NCBI RefSeq assembly: GCF_006345805.1
Contig: NC_042997.1
Coordinates: 48,546,001 to 48,610,000 of the forward strand
Source of the DNA: Octopus sinensis
Taxonomy: Eukaryota
DNA: 64,000 nt
Direction: 5' to 3'
Positions 13,500-27,434 of this stretch are shown here, piece after piece (the stretch's first letter is position 1; the number at the start of each line of letters is the position of its first letter). The notes under the pieces were generated by a model. That model was given only the letters and a program-made list of their open reading frames with translations, searched no databases and was not told where the DNA came from. The translations under genes and the position numbers were made by a program.

Positions 13500-14570
13500 T
13501 CTCACTGAATTGTTAAGTTAATCCCACCACATGCTGTTTGGAGAGAACGCAAACATTCCCGTAACAACTATATTTCTGTTTCATAATACAAAATTGAATA
13601 TTTGAAAAACAAATTGTAATTGAATACTCTGTTATAAAATTTACAATGAGACCAGTTTCCTACAGTCTTCAGTATTTAGCAACAAATCATTCTAAACAGG
13701 TGACTTTAAGATTCATAATATCACGAAGGAAAAGAGAAAGATATTTCTGATCCTGTAATCAAGATTCCCGCCAGCAATGAACCATATTTACTGCCACAAA
13801 GGGTGAACTAACACACCACTTCATGAATCGAATTACATCTTAGAGGCAAGATCAACTTTAAGGTTCAGGATTAAAGGGCTAGAATCTATTGTAGTTTGAT
13901 ACTAAAGCTCGTTTACCGTAGCCGTCATGACAATTTCAAAGAATTGTTCTCTCATGAAAGTCAACTTGCGCTTTGTAAAGATGTCAATTCGCTCTCACCG
14001 GTTCCTCGTCATGAAGATAACGTGTAAGAGCGTTGATTATTCATTGATTCCTCAAAAGTTACTTTGAATGCATTCCTTCTTCATGATAGAAATAAATCAC
14101 CTTTTATGTGTGAAGATCTCAAGATTATTCCACATTTGTTTGGTGTTGAAGATAGGTGGTATAAAGTACTTTTATTTATGAACTTGAGGTGAACATCAGA
14201 GACAGCAACATCGCCATGTTGAAAAGAATTTATGAAAACTACGTTACTTGTTCCAGGCAAAAAGTATATTGAAAGATACACTTATTCGTCCAGGAAAAGG
14301 TTTCTGTTCTCCTTTGCGCATCAAATCTGAAATAAGGAAAGAACATTCTAAAAGTGATAGATAAATCGGTAACTGTAATCAGATAATTGCGAAATAATTT
14401 TCCTTGTGTCAGAGAGTCCACGATTGCTGAAGTATTTCTGTAGAGCTTCGGATCACTGACTCTATAAAAGACGAGAGTGAATGAATTTTACGTGGTTAAG
14501 TTTCAACAGAGTGTTGACAATTTATTGAGAAATCACAAGGCCAACAAATATTCTGAAATAGTTCGTGGCT
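13500..14570 (+). mobile_element. Second, heavily degraded Chapaev3-type transposase fragment
   Basis: VWRERKH at ~13556, RLFIDSSKVTLNAFLLH at ~14035, MCEDLKII, VPGKK, and an NHKANKYSEIV-like segment, collinear with the 6749-8410 protein; no termini found. Confidence 0.75.
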
Positions 14571-14610
14571 TAAGCTTTAACAAACAGTGATCCACTATAC
14601 GCAAGACCTG

Positions 14611-14750
14611 AAATTTTGTTGGAGGGTGTTTAGTCGATTAGAATGCATCCAGTGCACAACTGGTATTTATTTCATCACCCTGAAAAGATGAAACTTTGCA
14701 AAATTTGAACTCAGAACGCAAACACGGACGAAATGCTACTAAGAACTCTC
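14611..14750 (-). mobile_element. tRNA-derived SINE, family A, degraded
   Basis: aatttgaactcagaacg B-box region and caactggta core shared with the 33695, 36567 and 46093 copies. Confidence 0.65.
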
Positions 14751-14910
14751 CAAGAGCCCCGCTATAATAACCTACAATAATAAAGAATTATTTTGTAAGG
14801 ATATTCCTACATCCGAAACGTCTGTAGTGCAACAGAAATCATACCAAGCGACCTCGTCTCATTTATAAGCATGTTTCTTTCTTCGACTGTATTTTATATG
14901 CCTTTAAATA

Positions 14911-15131
14911 TACGAGGATGCGCTGAAAATGTCCTGGCTTCGAGTAAAAGGAAATACAAGAAGGCCAGTTTATTATGATTTTATTCAACGTATTCCCCTT
15001 TCAGATTCGCACATTTAATGAAGCGCTCTCTCGGCTTTTCGAAGCCCTGCAAGAGGTCTCGAAGGTTTTGGTCTCCAAGTAAGCCTTTCGTGGCACCCTT
15101 AAAGCCAGGAACTTTACAAAATCTCCTCGTA
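14911..15131. mobile_element. Non-autonomous mariner-type MITE
   Basis: Imperfect ~30-bp TIRs TACGAGG...CCTGGCTT and AAGCCAGG...CCTCGTA with TA at both ends. Confidence 0.75.
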
Positions 15132-15681
15132 GGTCATTAAAAAATAGGTATCAATTGATGTAAACACCTAAACTAATGGAGAATCGGTGTACATTTTTAT
15201 GGATTTAGTATGTATGATATACTAAATATATACTAAAATTAATCACATAAGTTATTTTGTACTCAACTACTCAATGCAATTTTAAAAGTATTGAGAAAAT
15301 GTTACAGTTTCTGCTTTAAAGACAATAAATGAAACGCTTTGTAAGCGTATTACAGAAATTTTTATCATATCAATTACATCTCAAAATATATAAGACATTT
15401 TTAAATATGTTCAAACGAAGATTTCCTTTACAATAGTTCATCTTCCACTAAACTACATCCTTGAGAATAACAGAAGGCAGCACCTCATAAGAAAAGGAAT
15501 AAAATTAAACAAGAATGACTGAGAAAGATTCGGCGTTGTCAATGACTACGAGGAATTTCAACATTTAACCCTCATAGGTTGCTACTATCTTCCAAAGACG
15601 CACACACACACACACACAGAGAGATACATATGGATACCTACATCTATACATCTATTTATATACGTGTGTATTATAGACGTG

Positions 15682-15755
<74 letters not shown>

Positions 15756-15834
15756 GCCAATAAGTGGCCATGTACCCGTAGAGCGACTGAACCCGGAACC
15801 GTGTGGTTGAGAATATACATACATACATATATAC

Positions 15835-15849
15835 AGATAGATAGATAGG

Positions 15850-15943
<94 letters not shown>

Positions 15944-15950
15944 TAGATAG
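15835..15950. repeat. (GATA)n microsatellite
   Basis: Directly visible. Confidence 0.95.
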
Positions 15951-16251
15951 ATATGTGTGTATGTGTATTATTATTGTTGTTGATTTTGTTGTTATTGTTG
16001 TTATTCTTGTTCTTGTTATTCGCTATTTCGCTTTGCCATTCAGTTTTGACGACCGATCAAGCTATCAGATGATACCCAAACACTCAACAACGAATGCATT
16101 GCAACGTATGTCAGAAAGTTGTAATCTAATGAAAATCATGACATAATTTCTCATTCCCTTGTCATTTATTTAACTTCTTATATATAGTTCTACTTAGCTA
16201 TCTTCTATATATCTATATCTATATATATATATATATATATATATATGTAAT

Positions 16252-16299
<48 letters not shown>

Positions 16300-17229
16300 T
16301 GTATGTATATATATATATGTATATATATATATGTATATATATATATGTAATTATATATATATATATATATTATATATATATATCCACACACACAGACATA
16401 CACACAGATACACATATATAATATGGATATCTGTGTGTATGCATGTATATATATATATATAGATATAGATATATATATATAGATATATATACACACATTA
16501 ATGTATGTGTATATGTGTGTGCATGTATGTATGAATGTATGCATATACTTACTATAACATCACATAATCAGATAATCATACTTCATACAGGTTATAATGT
16601 ATTGTGCATGTATGAGGTTTTCCATCTAGTCTTGCGTATTCGCATTTAAATAAATTATAATTGTTTCACTTACATAAACGATAAGAGTTTCTCTCTGAGT
16701 CAAAGCGTTCTCTCCTAGTAGTCTAGACAACAATAGAGAGCAACGATCAATAATATTATATTCAAGATTGAGAATCAGTACTGTGATACAGTATGTATGT
16801 TTGTACATAAATGTGTGCACGTCTGATTGCACGTCCGTATGTCATTGTTCTAATATCATGTGGATTGTTGCTATAAAGAATGATCTGGTTTCTAACAAAG
16901 AATCAACACGTGTTCCACTTATGTAATTTCAATACCAACAATATTGAATATTTTAAAACTTACTCTTAGAGAGTTTTATTCTTTGCCGGATAGAATGTAT
17001 TTGGAAAGTATGCTTTTGTTGATCACCTTCATTTCAGGGAGACCTGCATTTCGAGGGTAAATTCGAAATGGTATGTGAGGTACAGCTCATAGGAGCAAGA
17101 ATGATGACACGTCTTATCGATTGTATCATAACTTCATGTTTCTGGGATACATATGTACGCTTAATATATTTAGGGGAATTTTGTGTGGTATGCAGTTTTT
17201 TATCCTACAGGCATTTGTTTCCGAACAGG

Positions 17230-18153
17230 ACTGCAGTAATACTTGGGGTCACATGTGGTCACGCCTCTCTGTTTTTATGACGTCCCCAATTTCTGCAGCC
17301 GAGAAACATAACGTGGCATAATATGACCCGTTAATTGTGATACCCTTTGCCAAAAAGTCCAACATCACTACTCCACACTGGTCCCAAAAGACTGTGAGCA
17401 TCACTTTTCCAGCTGAGGGTTGGACATGAGACCTCTTTGAAGGTGGTGAGTTATCATGCTTTCATTGCTTCGATTGGAGTTTAATCTCAGAATCATAGAG
17501 ATGGACCCATGTTTCAACCTGTGTAAAAGTCTGCCGAAAAATGCCTCCTTGTTTACTTGGCACATTGCCAAAAGAGCCTGGGAGGAATTAACTCGTTCCT
17601 GATTCTGAAAAGGTTTTCCCATCCGGGGAATTCATCGTGCATACAACGTCTGCCTGTGCAAATGGCCGTGAATGATTTTTTTCCCAAGGACCCAACACTT
17701 ACCGTCACTTCTTGGGCTAGTTGACAAATGGTTATGCGACGATCCTACAAAATGGCGGCTTCCACTTTATGGATGATGTCATCAATGGCGGAATGCAGTC
17801 GTCCAGAAATAGGAGCAGCTTCCACCGATGTCCGACCACATTTGAACTGGCAATGCCAGTGCTTGACTACGCCGTATGATGGTGAATCGTCACCATAAAA
17901 TTCTTTCACCTCATCGAAAGTCTGCTTTCGTGTACGACTTTCAAGTATAAGAACCTGATCACTGATCTGCATTCAGCTACCACCATTATAACAGCTTAGT
18001 ACATTTTAGCAGACGTAAAAGACTAACGAATACCAGCGGAAAGCTGCAATTTAGAATGTGCAATTTAGAATGTATAATTATATCTGTACAAGTTCCGTTT
18101 CCTACAGTAATCGGAAGTGTGTCACGAGAAATCTTTAATAAGTACCTCTCATA
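17230..18153 (-). mobile_element. Mariner transposon, 5' part, degraded
   Basis: TIR-like end TATGAGAGGTAC at 18153; YGDDSPSY...FKCGRTSVE HTH region, KCWVP, ETWVHLYD, GKVMLTVFWD, GITINGSYY. Confidence 0.85.
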
Positions 18154-19332
18154 AGAAGGCCGTAATCGGACTGTGGGACGCATGAATTTTTTCCATCGCT
18201 AAGAGCCTTCAGTTACGAATGCCAAGTGGTCATTAAAAGCCACAAGAACGTGTACACACATCTACATTTTCGCCTGATACAGGGACTTTGTCCTTCTTCA
18301 TCTTACGTCATATAAGGGCCACAGCATGAATGTGTATAGGAAGGTCTTTACTGCCATCTTCAAACAATTCGTCTTATCTATGATCTTTACCACCAACTTA
18401 AGAAAATTCGACTCCCTAGATTTTACCCTAGATCTCGAGGCGAGTAAATATTTCCCCAATAGTGAAACCCAAGCAAAATGGTCTGTATTCTTAAACATTG
18501 CAACCACTTTCAGGTTATAATCATAATTCTCGTTAACAACAACAACAACAACAACAACAATAGTAATAATAACAATAATAATAACAATACGTACGCGCAT
18601 TGTGCAATAATCATTGCCGATTTATTGCTAGCTTTCGGTGAATCCGTGCAAGAACCAGCGGCCAAATGACCACACAAGGGTAGCGCAGCAGCATCTAAAA
18701 GATTTATCGTTTCATTTATTAATAATTAGTGATACATATATTCGATCTATAATCATTATGTTTAATAATGAATGCTAAATAAAAGACAAAAATACCGAAG
18801 AGTTAATATAGAGCTAAATTTAGATTCCCATGCTGTCAGTAAGCAATTAAAATACGTTTCATTAGTGATATCGATGTTGTTCTGCTTCCGTTATAACTTC
18901 ACATGTGACGATGTGGTATTATTATTTCCAATCTAACGTTAGATAGAAAAATCATAGCACCCCCTTATAATGAGGTGTTAGTGTTACTTTCACCCCAAAC
19001 CATAAATGAGTAATAAAGCAAAAGGTTCTTTGGTATCATCCTCCATTCAACATAGGTGTCACTATCAGGATAACAACAACTTTCTGAATTTCGACAACAT
19101 TTAAATAAATCCCATACATAGTATAAGCATTCTAATTCCCATAGTATTAAGGTCAGTTATTCATGTTCAGACAACATCACTTCCAGCATCGCACGCGACA
19201 GCAAAAGCAGGTACTCATCTACGCAATCTCTATCCCACCCACCTCTGCAACTATAACTTCCAAACGATTCCCAACAGTCCACTGAGAGGATCCTGTCTCT
19301 CGAAAGTCGTTGACTATAGAGCGACGTCCTCA

Positions 19333-20110
19333 GGACTCGATAGTATAGCGTCACTACACGGGCACGACGACCAAAGTTTTTAAGTATACTGATATAGCAA
19401 ATGTAAATTTGTCATATCTGAACAATTAGCAGTTATGTATTTTGTTATCAAATATCAGAAATATGTGATTGCTAAATATAACTATGAAAATGGCAAGCTT
19501 TGCTTCTTTTGTTCTGTGTAGGAATATATTTTGATATATTCCAAATTATTTTATGTCTGTTTTAAAGCGTGAAGTGGTATCTTTGCATCAGCTCTTTTAC
19601 ATCCATCGTGTTAGAAATAGTCTTCATAAATGCCTCTAGGCAAAATTTCATAATCTCCATACTGTTTTCTAGTATGATATTTATGTACTGAATCAATATT
19701 CTTTCGGTCATTCTCCTTCGCAGATATCATCACGAAGAATGTAAAAGAATTCTTTATTCGAAGTTTTGTGTTTACTGCTCATTTTCTCACATGCGGCAAC
19801 ATACCCTTAAAAATAAAAGGGCATTTCTATACCGGGAAATATTTCCAGAATATTTGTGTCTTTATGTATGTGTAAGTAAGATCATTCTCTTCTCATAGCT
19901 AGGATGAAATCATATGTAAACAGATTTTAACTCTCGTTTCTTGTATTGGTAAAGGACTCGATGGTATAATGACACTGTACACGAGAACGACGACCAAAGT
20001 CTTTAAGAATAGCGATATGGCAAATGTAAAATTGTAATATCTGAACAATTAACAGTCATTTATTGTGTTAACAAATTACAGAAATACGTGATTGTTCAAT
20101 ATAACTATGA
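19333..20110. repeat. Pair of ~155-bp imperfect direct repeats (19333-19487, 19954-20110)
   Basis: ggactcgat...acgacgaccaaagt...atctgaacaatta...tataactatga in both copies, roughly 80% identical by eye. Confidence 0.85.
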
Positions 20111-20135
20111 TTATATTGATACGGTGTCATCGTAA

Positions 20136-20529
20136 TCTTTATATATAAAAGAGAGGTTGTGTGTCTGTCTCCTACGATTTAGATTCCTAACTACTCCCAC
20201 ATTTTGCGGTGCAGTTTAACCAAAACCGGGTATCTTATAGTCGTGATTCATATCGAGCCCTTCTGGGTATTAGCGCGCGTCTACGATGAGTCTACGATTT
20301 AAAAAAAAAATTACCATCAATTTTTCCCATTTTTAATGTATTTTGGGCATATATAAGGGAAGTAACTCACTAAAAATATATTATTAAATCTCAGAACGTA
20401 AAAAGCTACAGTAACCCCCCTCCCTTTGTGGTTAGCCATATTGAGATGGCTATTATACTTTACATCTCTAAAAATGCTTATATAGTTATTTCCCTTACAA
20501 ACCCGAGCAACGCCGGGCGATACTGCTAG
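20136..20529 (+). mobile_element. Non-autonomous Helitron (394 bp)
   Basis: 5' TC preceded by A, 3' CTAG followed by T, GC hairpin CCCG...CGGG (20502-20517) 8 nt before the CTAG. Confidence 0.85.
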
Positions 20530-20702
20530 TACGTTATATAAAAGTTATATTGTAAAGTTTGAACTTCAATCTAAACAAACATCTCCCTTTGTTATTATTA
20601 TAAACTAATGGACAATAGCAATGTTTATCTTCTATCCTAATATCAGCTAGTATATTGTGAATGGAATTTTACAGGGAGAATTATAAAAAATGAAGCATAG
20701 TT

Positions 20703-21105
20703 GCAGGGATGGCTGTTCTGTTTAGAAGCTAGCATTCCAGCCACATGCTTTCTGGTTCAGTTCCAGAGTGCAACATCTTGAGTAAGTATCACTTTGTATA
20801 GGCGCAAACCGACCAATGAGTTGATCGACTAAAACTATCCGGAAGCCATGTCGTATATATTTAATGTGTGTGTATGTGTGTGTGTGTGTATGTCTGTGGG
20901 CGCTTGTGTTTACGTCTTTGAGTCTGTCACTTCACCATCACCCGACAAACGGTGTTGGTTTGGTTACGTCCCTGTAACTCAGGAGTAGGACAATAACAAT
21001 TGATACGTTAATTGTTAGATTTCAAAAATGAATATAGGGCACCATTTGCTCCATTAAACCATTGGAGGCCGTACTCCAGCATGACCGCAGTCGAATGAGA
21101 TAAAA
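20703..21105 (+). mobile_element. tRNA-derived SINE, family C, degraded
   Basis: Collinear with 10724-11130 including ctccagcatg(g/a)ccgcagtc near the 3' end. Confidence 0.7.
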
Positions 21106-22057
21106 CATAAAATATTCGTAATATACTTTAATATAGTCTCCATAATATAGATAATATATTTGTGGTGGTAGTGGTTGTTTTGGTGGTAGTGGTGGCTGTC
21201 GTGGTGTATGTGTGTGTATCTGTGTGCGGACTTGTGTGTTTATATTATTTACATATATATGCAAGTATATATGTATGTGTATATGTGACTTCATTATGTA
21301 TATAACTATGTGTATATTTTCACATTAAAAACTTTGATGACTAAATACACACACACACACACATTCATATACATACTTTCACACACACACACAGATATAG
21401 AGTCACACATGCAGATACGAATGTAAATATGTTTATTTATCTAATTTTACTCTACTGAAGATCAAAATACTAATATTAATAGTTTTCACACACACTACTC
21501 TTTATATTATATATTGTGTGTACTATATGACGCCAATAGTCAAAATTATTCCAATAGAACAGACTAAATAACTGTATCTGAAGGCAGAGAAACAGAAATA
21601 ACGTTTGAAGTCTTTGACACTTCATCAATTTATGACAATTTCTAAAACGTTTCACGAACAAAACATTTGTTAATGAATAAAAATGAAATAGTATATTGTG
21701 CAATTTATGCCTTGTATTTCATTAGGAATTTCTCGATATTCAGTGCAAGAAATTGGCTTCGATAGAGCTTCGTCACATTTTAGTGATAAACCCGATTGGA
21801 GAAATAAGTAGCTTTTCGATAGTATTTCAACCTCTTCCTCTCTCCCTATCTCTCTCTCTCTCTCTCTCTCTCTTACTCTGTATCTATGTATCTCTCTCCC
21901 TCTCTCTCCCTCTGTCTCTCTCACACACACGCACATACACACATTTTCTTTCTCACTCTCAATGTTTCATTGATTTCTATACCTCTATTTTCTTCCTACT
22001 GCAATATTATCTTTCTAGATTTCTCTATCACACTCACACATGCACACAAATATATAT

Positions 22058-22152
<95 letters not shown>

Positions 22153-23214
22153 GTATGCATACATACATGCATACATGCATATGTACATATATACGTGTAT
22201 CTGTGTATTAATGTGTAAAAGTAGTTATATAAATAATGAGGAGAGGGAAAAGCGATAAGCTGGAGACTATTATATTAAGTCATGTCTAATACAATTGTCT
22301 CCCAAGTGTATAATACTTCTTCGTACGCTACCTTTCCACATATGTAACATAGCAATGAGAGCAATCATTTATGTACTTCATGCCTATTTCATTGTCATCA
22401 TCGTACAGCCAGCTTCTCAGGACGCCAATTTTGTTATAGGTAATTTGCCTGTTCTTCACATTTCAATTATATAATTTTATCTGTTTCTCTCTTAGTCTTT
22501 TTCAATCTTTTTCCATATAAATATTTATGAGTTCTTCTCCAAGAAAGTGGTTCTTTGACAGTGGTAAGCATTTTCTTCAATCACCTTTGCATAGAGAAAG
22601 TAAACTGGCTTCGTTAATATTATATATTTTAGTTTTATATTCATATTGTCTTTAAGTGTAATGGGTTATTGAACTTTAAAGCACACTGCTTAAATTCAAT
22701 TAATAGCATGAACAAGTGACAGAAATCTGTGGAATGTTTAGAAAATTTATGTAAGTCTTAGTATGAATGAGAAATAGTAAAGATCACGAGACAGACATTT
22801 AATAACAGTCTCACCACTGGAACAAAACAAGAGCACCTATACATTTAATAGGCTAGTCAAAGAGCGTCTATGAATTGTATATCTAAAGGAAAACTTTTGA
22901 AGGCAGGCGATTGTCCTCGAAATGCTTGCACATGAAGTGGACACCATAAAAGCAAACACAATCTAATGGCCTGGTGATTTTGCTGAACTGAACAAACAGA
23001 TTCACTCCCATCATCAGGCCGTCACACGTTTCTTACATTCAAAATTCTACTCACAAACTACCCAGAATCATGGTAAAATCTCTTGCAACAAATGTATTGA
23101 AAATAGATCGAAACGAAATTACAAACCTTTGAAGAGTTCTTCTTGACAACATTTCCAACCATGCACTTATTTATACCCACGCTTAATTAATTAGACGCGT
23201 CACGATCCCCAGAT

Positions 23215-23475
23215 CTCATAAAGCCGGAGCTTAACCCGGTCGTTTTCTATGGTGTAAAAGTGAATGAGGAAATAACACACACCTCGGAACAGTAGACCAG
23301 TCCGTTGCAGGGTTAAGCAGACATTGACAGATCTAATATAGCAGCTGAATGGACAGGAGCAACTTGAAATGATTTGTTTTGCTCAAGAAGACAAAGCATT
23401 ATTCAGTCGGGAATTGAAACCACGATCTAATGCTCTAATATGCAACAGCATAACCACTAATCCACGGCGCCTTCC
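23215..23475 (-). mobile_element. tRNA-derived SINE related to family B, degraded
   Basis: Minus-strand TGGATTAGTGG A-box-like, GGTTTCAATTCCC B-box-like, then cttgagcaa...ttgctcc.gtcca.tcagctg core also seen at 49176-49496. Confidence 0.6.
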
Positions 23476-24467
23476 TTGGCATGAAACAATTACATAGATG
23501 AATTCTATAAAAACTAAATTCAGCGCCTGAAATTTCCACACGAGGAAGTGTAACTAGCAATCATAGACAAAACTTTGTGAAAGTCTTCTAAAATATGTAA
23601 AATGTATATGAAATGAGGATTCAATTAAGTCTGACACTCAAAAGCAGGAATAGTCTCTGCTCCAGGCTTAATTACTAATAATTGCAATAATATATTGCTA
23701 TTGTATCTAATATTGCTTCGCTTGTATCATTGTCTGCAAAGAGATGTGCCTGGTATTTATTACACCAATTATTATATTATCTCTTGTCATTGGTATGATT
23801 GGGATTCAACGTACAGGTATTCTTATCTAACGCCATTTTCAATTTTACCAAATAGAAAAAAGGTAAAATAAAAGAAAACGTTTCAATCTCATGAACAATA
23901 ATCTCAGATTCATGATCCTTTTGTTTGGTGAATTTGAGAGATAAAAGGAAGATATAATGTAGACACGAAATAATGATAATCGCTATTATTTTTATTACTT
24001 CTGCAAATCGAAATGCAATTTATGTTTCTTTGTGTTCTAAAACAATAGCGAAGAATTCAGTAATTACAATAATGACACGATGTATTCGCAAATATGGTTA
24101 CGTGTATTTCCCAGCTGCCCCTAGGAAAATAATTATCAACTTAGAAGCGACTAATCGTTGTTGTTATTATTCTTGCTAGTGATGCTGTTGTTTACCCACG
24201 ATCATCATTAATCGCTCATACTTATGACTAAATACGTTTCAATCAGGCCTTTCTTCATAATTTCATGCCTATTCCATAAAGGAAAAAGTTTATATATAGT
24301 GAGTCGCTTTGTTCTTTGTAGTCGCTAGGGCTTAACTTCAGAGAGAATTCGGAGCTATTAATAATATTCTGTTGAAGAGAGATGCAATTCGATGAGATTA
24401 AACTGCTAGAGATATTACTGAAAGATAACATGCTGCAATATGAGAACAGTTACGATACATGTGATAC

Positions 24468-25790
24468 TACGAGGGTGAGCCAAACGTTAAAAGGCTGACT
24501 CTAAAGGAGGGATGCTAAAGATGTGAAATCGTGTATGCATTAATTTCAATCCTTCTTATTAATAACTGCATTGTTTATTTACAGGTAAACTGACAGCTGA
24601 CTCTTGAAAGAAGAGTTTAAATGTAACTAGTTGCGACTCCTCTTTAAAATGGATAAAATTTGGCCTAGTTATCAAATACCATCAGAAAAAGGGATTAGAC
24701 TTCAACGGCATTCATACTGACATAGTTGCTACGTTAGGAGATAAGGCTTCAGTTTTATCAATAGTACAAAAACAAGCAACTGAATTTGAGAGTGGAAAGG
24801 AGAGTTTTGATGACGACATAAGGTTTGGATAATCCAGTAGTTAGAGTTATTACAATCTTGTTATAAAGTTGATATGTGTTATAATACTTGTGCATCGTAC
24901 GACAAAATAGATTCAGAACAATGTGCATAAATGTGCAAATATACATTCACACAAACAGGTGTACATGGACGAATGCAAAGTGTATGCGACCGATCTCAAA
25001 ATCGGATGCATAATTCCTAGAAAATTCAAGATTATAATCATGATTATTATGAAGGTCTCAATCCGAAATATATTTGGCATTATCTCCCTTTTCCGCAGAC
25101 ATCTATCGTGTTCATCACATAGTGATAGGTGACAAACGATTGACTATAAATCAATTAGCCAATGCTATTAGCATATGTGAGAGAGTACAGCATATTCTGA
25201 ACAATGTATTTGGCCTGACGAAGAATTCTGCTCGGTGGGTCCCACATCTGACACATTGTTTGACATAGGTCCAGCTGGTTTTCTTAAACGTTTTCTAAGT
25301 CGAGGTAAGTATAGGGTCCATCATTTTGAGCTAGGTACATATAGACAATCCATGCAGTAGAAACACACCTCTTCAACTGTTAGAAAGGAGGATAGGGTCG
25401 TTTTATCTGCAGGGAATGTAACAGCTTTGGGATGCAAAACGAAATCATATTTATTGATTATCATCAAAGGGTCACATCATCAATAGAGACTAGCATGGCA
25501 ACTTTTTGAGGCAGGTACGAAAGGCTATCAAGAGCAATGGCCCAGGAAAACTGACGAACAGCATATTGTTTCATCAGAACAATGCTCCAGCACACACGTC
25601 CTTGGGTTCAGTAAATGTTCTGTGTGTCTCTGGATTTGAACTGATTGATCACCCAGCCTATTCTCCTGATTTGGCCCCATCTCATGATCATATGTTCCTC
25701 AACATGAAGAAAAGAATTGGATGGGAAGCAGTATCGCAGTATCGCCTGATGTTAAAAAATAAACATCAATTGGTCACACTATTGGTCAGC
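24468..25790 (+). mobile_element. Mariner transposon relic, interrupted by ~250 bp of unrelated sequence
   Basis: TACGAGGG start; ARWVPH, HQNNAPAH, HPAYSPDLAP motifs; interruption ~24840-25095. Confidence 0.85.
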
Positions 25791-27434
25791 CTATAAAATT
25801 TTCTGTCCACCTTCGTACATTATGATAAAGATTATATATTGTTATATATACCAGTGAATTTAATTGAGAATATTCTATTTCCCTTTGTGATTTTGCTTCT
25901 TTGTTAAGTTGTCTGTGCTTTATCTCTTGTCCCTTCAAAAGAACTCGTATTTTCTAAATATATGGAATGTTAATCCTCCGTCTACGCCTTTGGACGTAGC
26001 TACACATCACCACAATGTAGCCAGAATGTTTGAAAGTGGTAACTCAACTTACTGGAAATAGGATCTAAACCTTCCTGAAATAGCATTTTAATATCCTTGA
26101 GAATAGGACGAACAGTTTCGATGTTGTATCACGAGTGTCAACGAGGACAGGCCGGTTGTGGCTAGATCATCTTTTGTTCATAGTTTAGCTCGATCGTGAC
26201 TGACATTGTGCCAAACAACAATAGTATAATATTAAATGCTTCTTATTTAAATAGAAATGTCATCGCATCTAAAGATTCACACTGATTTGTGTTATGATTT
26301 TCCTTAAGCTAAGCACTACATATTAACAAATTAAGTTTAAATTTAATAATTTACATTTTTATTATTAAACTTAATAATACAATCAATCTTTGATTGTATT
26401 ATTTCCCCCTGAAGCTAATTTGGGCAAGACAGTTCGACATCAAATGTATGTAGATAACTTCAAAATGATGGACGGAAATATACGGTTAGTTACTAGTTGG
26501 ACCTTTCAAATTTTTAGCCGTTGATTAAAGTCGCTTTATCCTTTAGAGGATACATAGTTAATTCCAAATTCCTCGAAAAGTAGATGATGTCTAATGCAAG
26601 TATTTTGTAGTAACTGCTGCAGCGCTCAAAATTGTGCTGCAGTTTTATTTTCGGCGATTTCTTCTTATTTTGTGCACAGATGGTAAACTAAAACGGAGAT
26701 AATTTTTACGTAAGCGGAGAGAAAACTGCCTCAAGCAGATTTTTAAATCGTATTCTGAATTTTTGTCAGGAACTACATAAGATATATATTTTGTTTTTCA
26801 TAGAAACAGATACGATATCGCAACATGTAATTGTAACTTGTTAATCAATGAGAGTGATATCTAAACACGTTGTAGTTTCTCACAAAGCGTATTAATCACT
26901 TCCGGATCAGCTTTCCAAACGAAGGTCAGCTGTGCCAGGCAATCATAAGCTAAAGATGTTAACATTCAGATGGAATTTTTCTTGACTGGAACTGAATGGA
27001 TTATGAGTGATATAATAATTCCAGTGAGTGATATAGTAATTACAAAAGGGCTCATGTGAAGTTTGCTACTTGACAGAAGAAACGTAGGAAGACAATCCCT
27101 AAGGGACATATTCTAAACCAAATCTAACATAAATAGATTAAAAATTCCCACAACATTTCAAAATCTATATTGAAACACAAAAAATGGAGGTTAACTCGCT
27201 ATAAAACATGCAGATAATGGATTAAGTCGTCTAAATAATATTAAAGAAATTAGAGAAATGATTAAGTCTCGATCCTTCATGCCAGTGAGGCTTACATTTC
27301 CCTCTCCTCCTATGTACATTTTGGGTGTTTCAAAACTGGTTGGATTAAAGTCTTATAGGAAACTGACACCAGAATTAATGTTGAAAGTATAAACATATAT
27401 ATAGACGTGTAGCAAGTCATAAAAGGCGGCAATA

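Noticed and set aside
17038-17070. 33-nt micro-exon candidate (GDLHFEGKFEM) with good splice signals
   Set aside because: Too short to distinguish from chance; no compatible neighbour identified
23011-23017. CTGATGA box on the minus strand
   Set aside because: No downstream GAAA or stems
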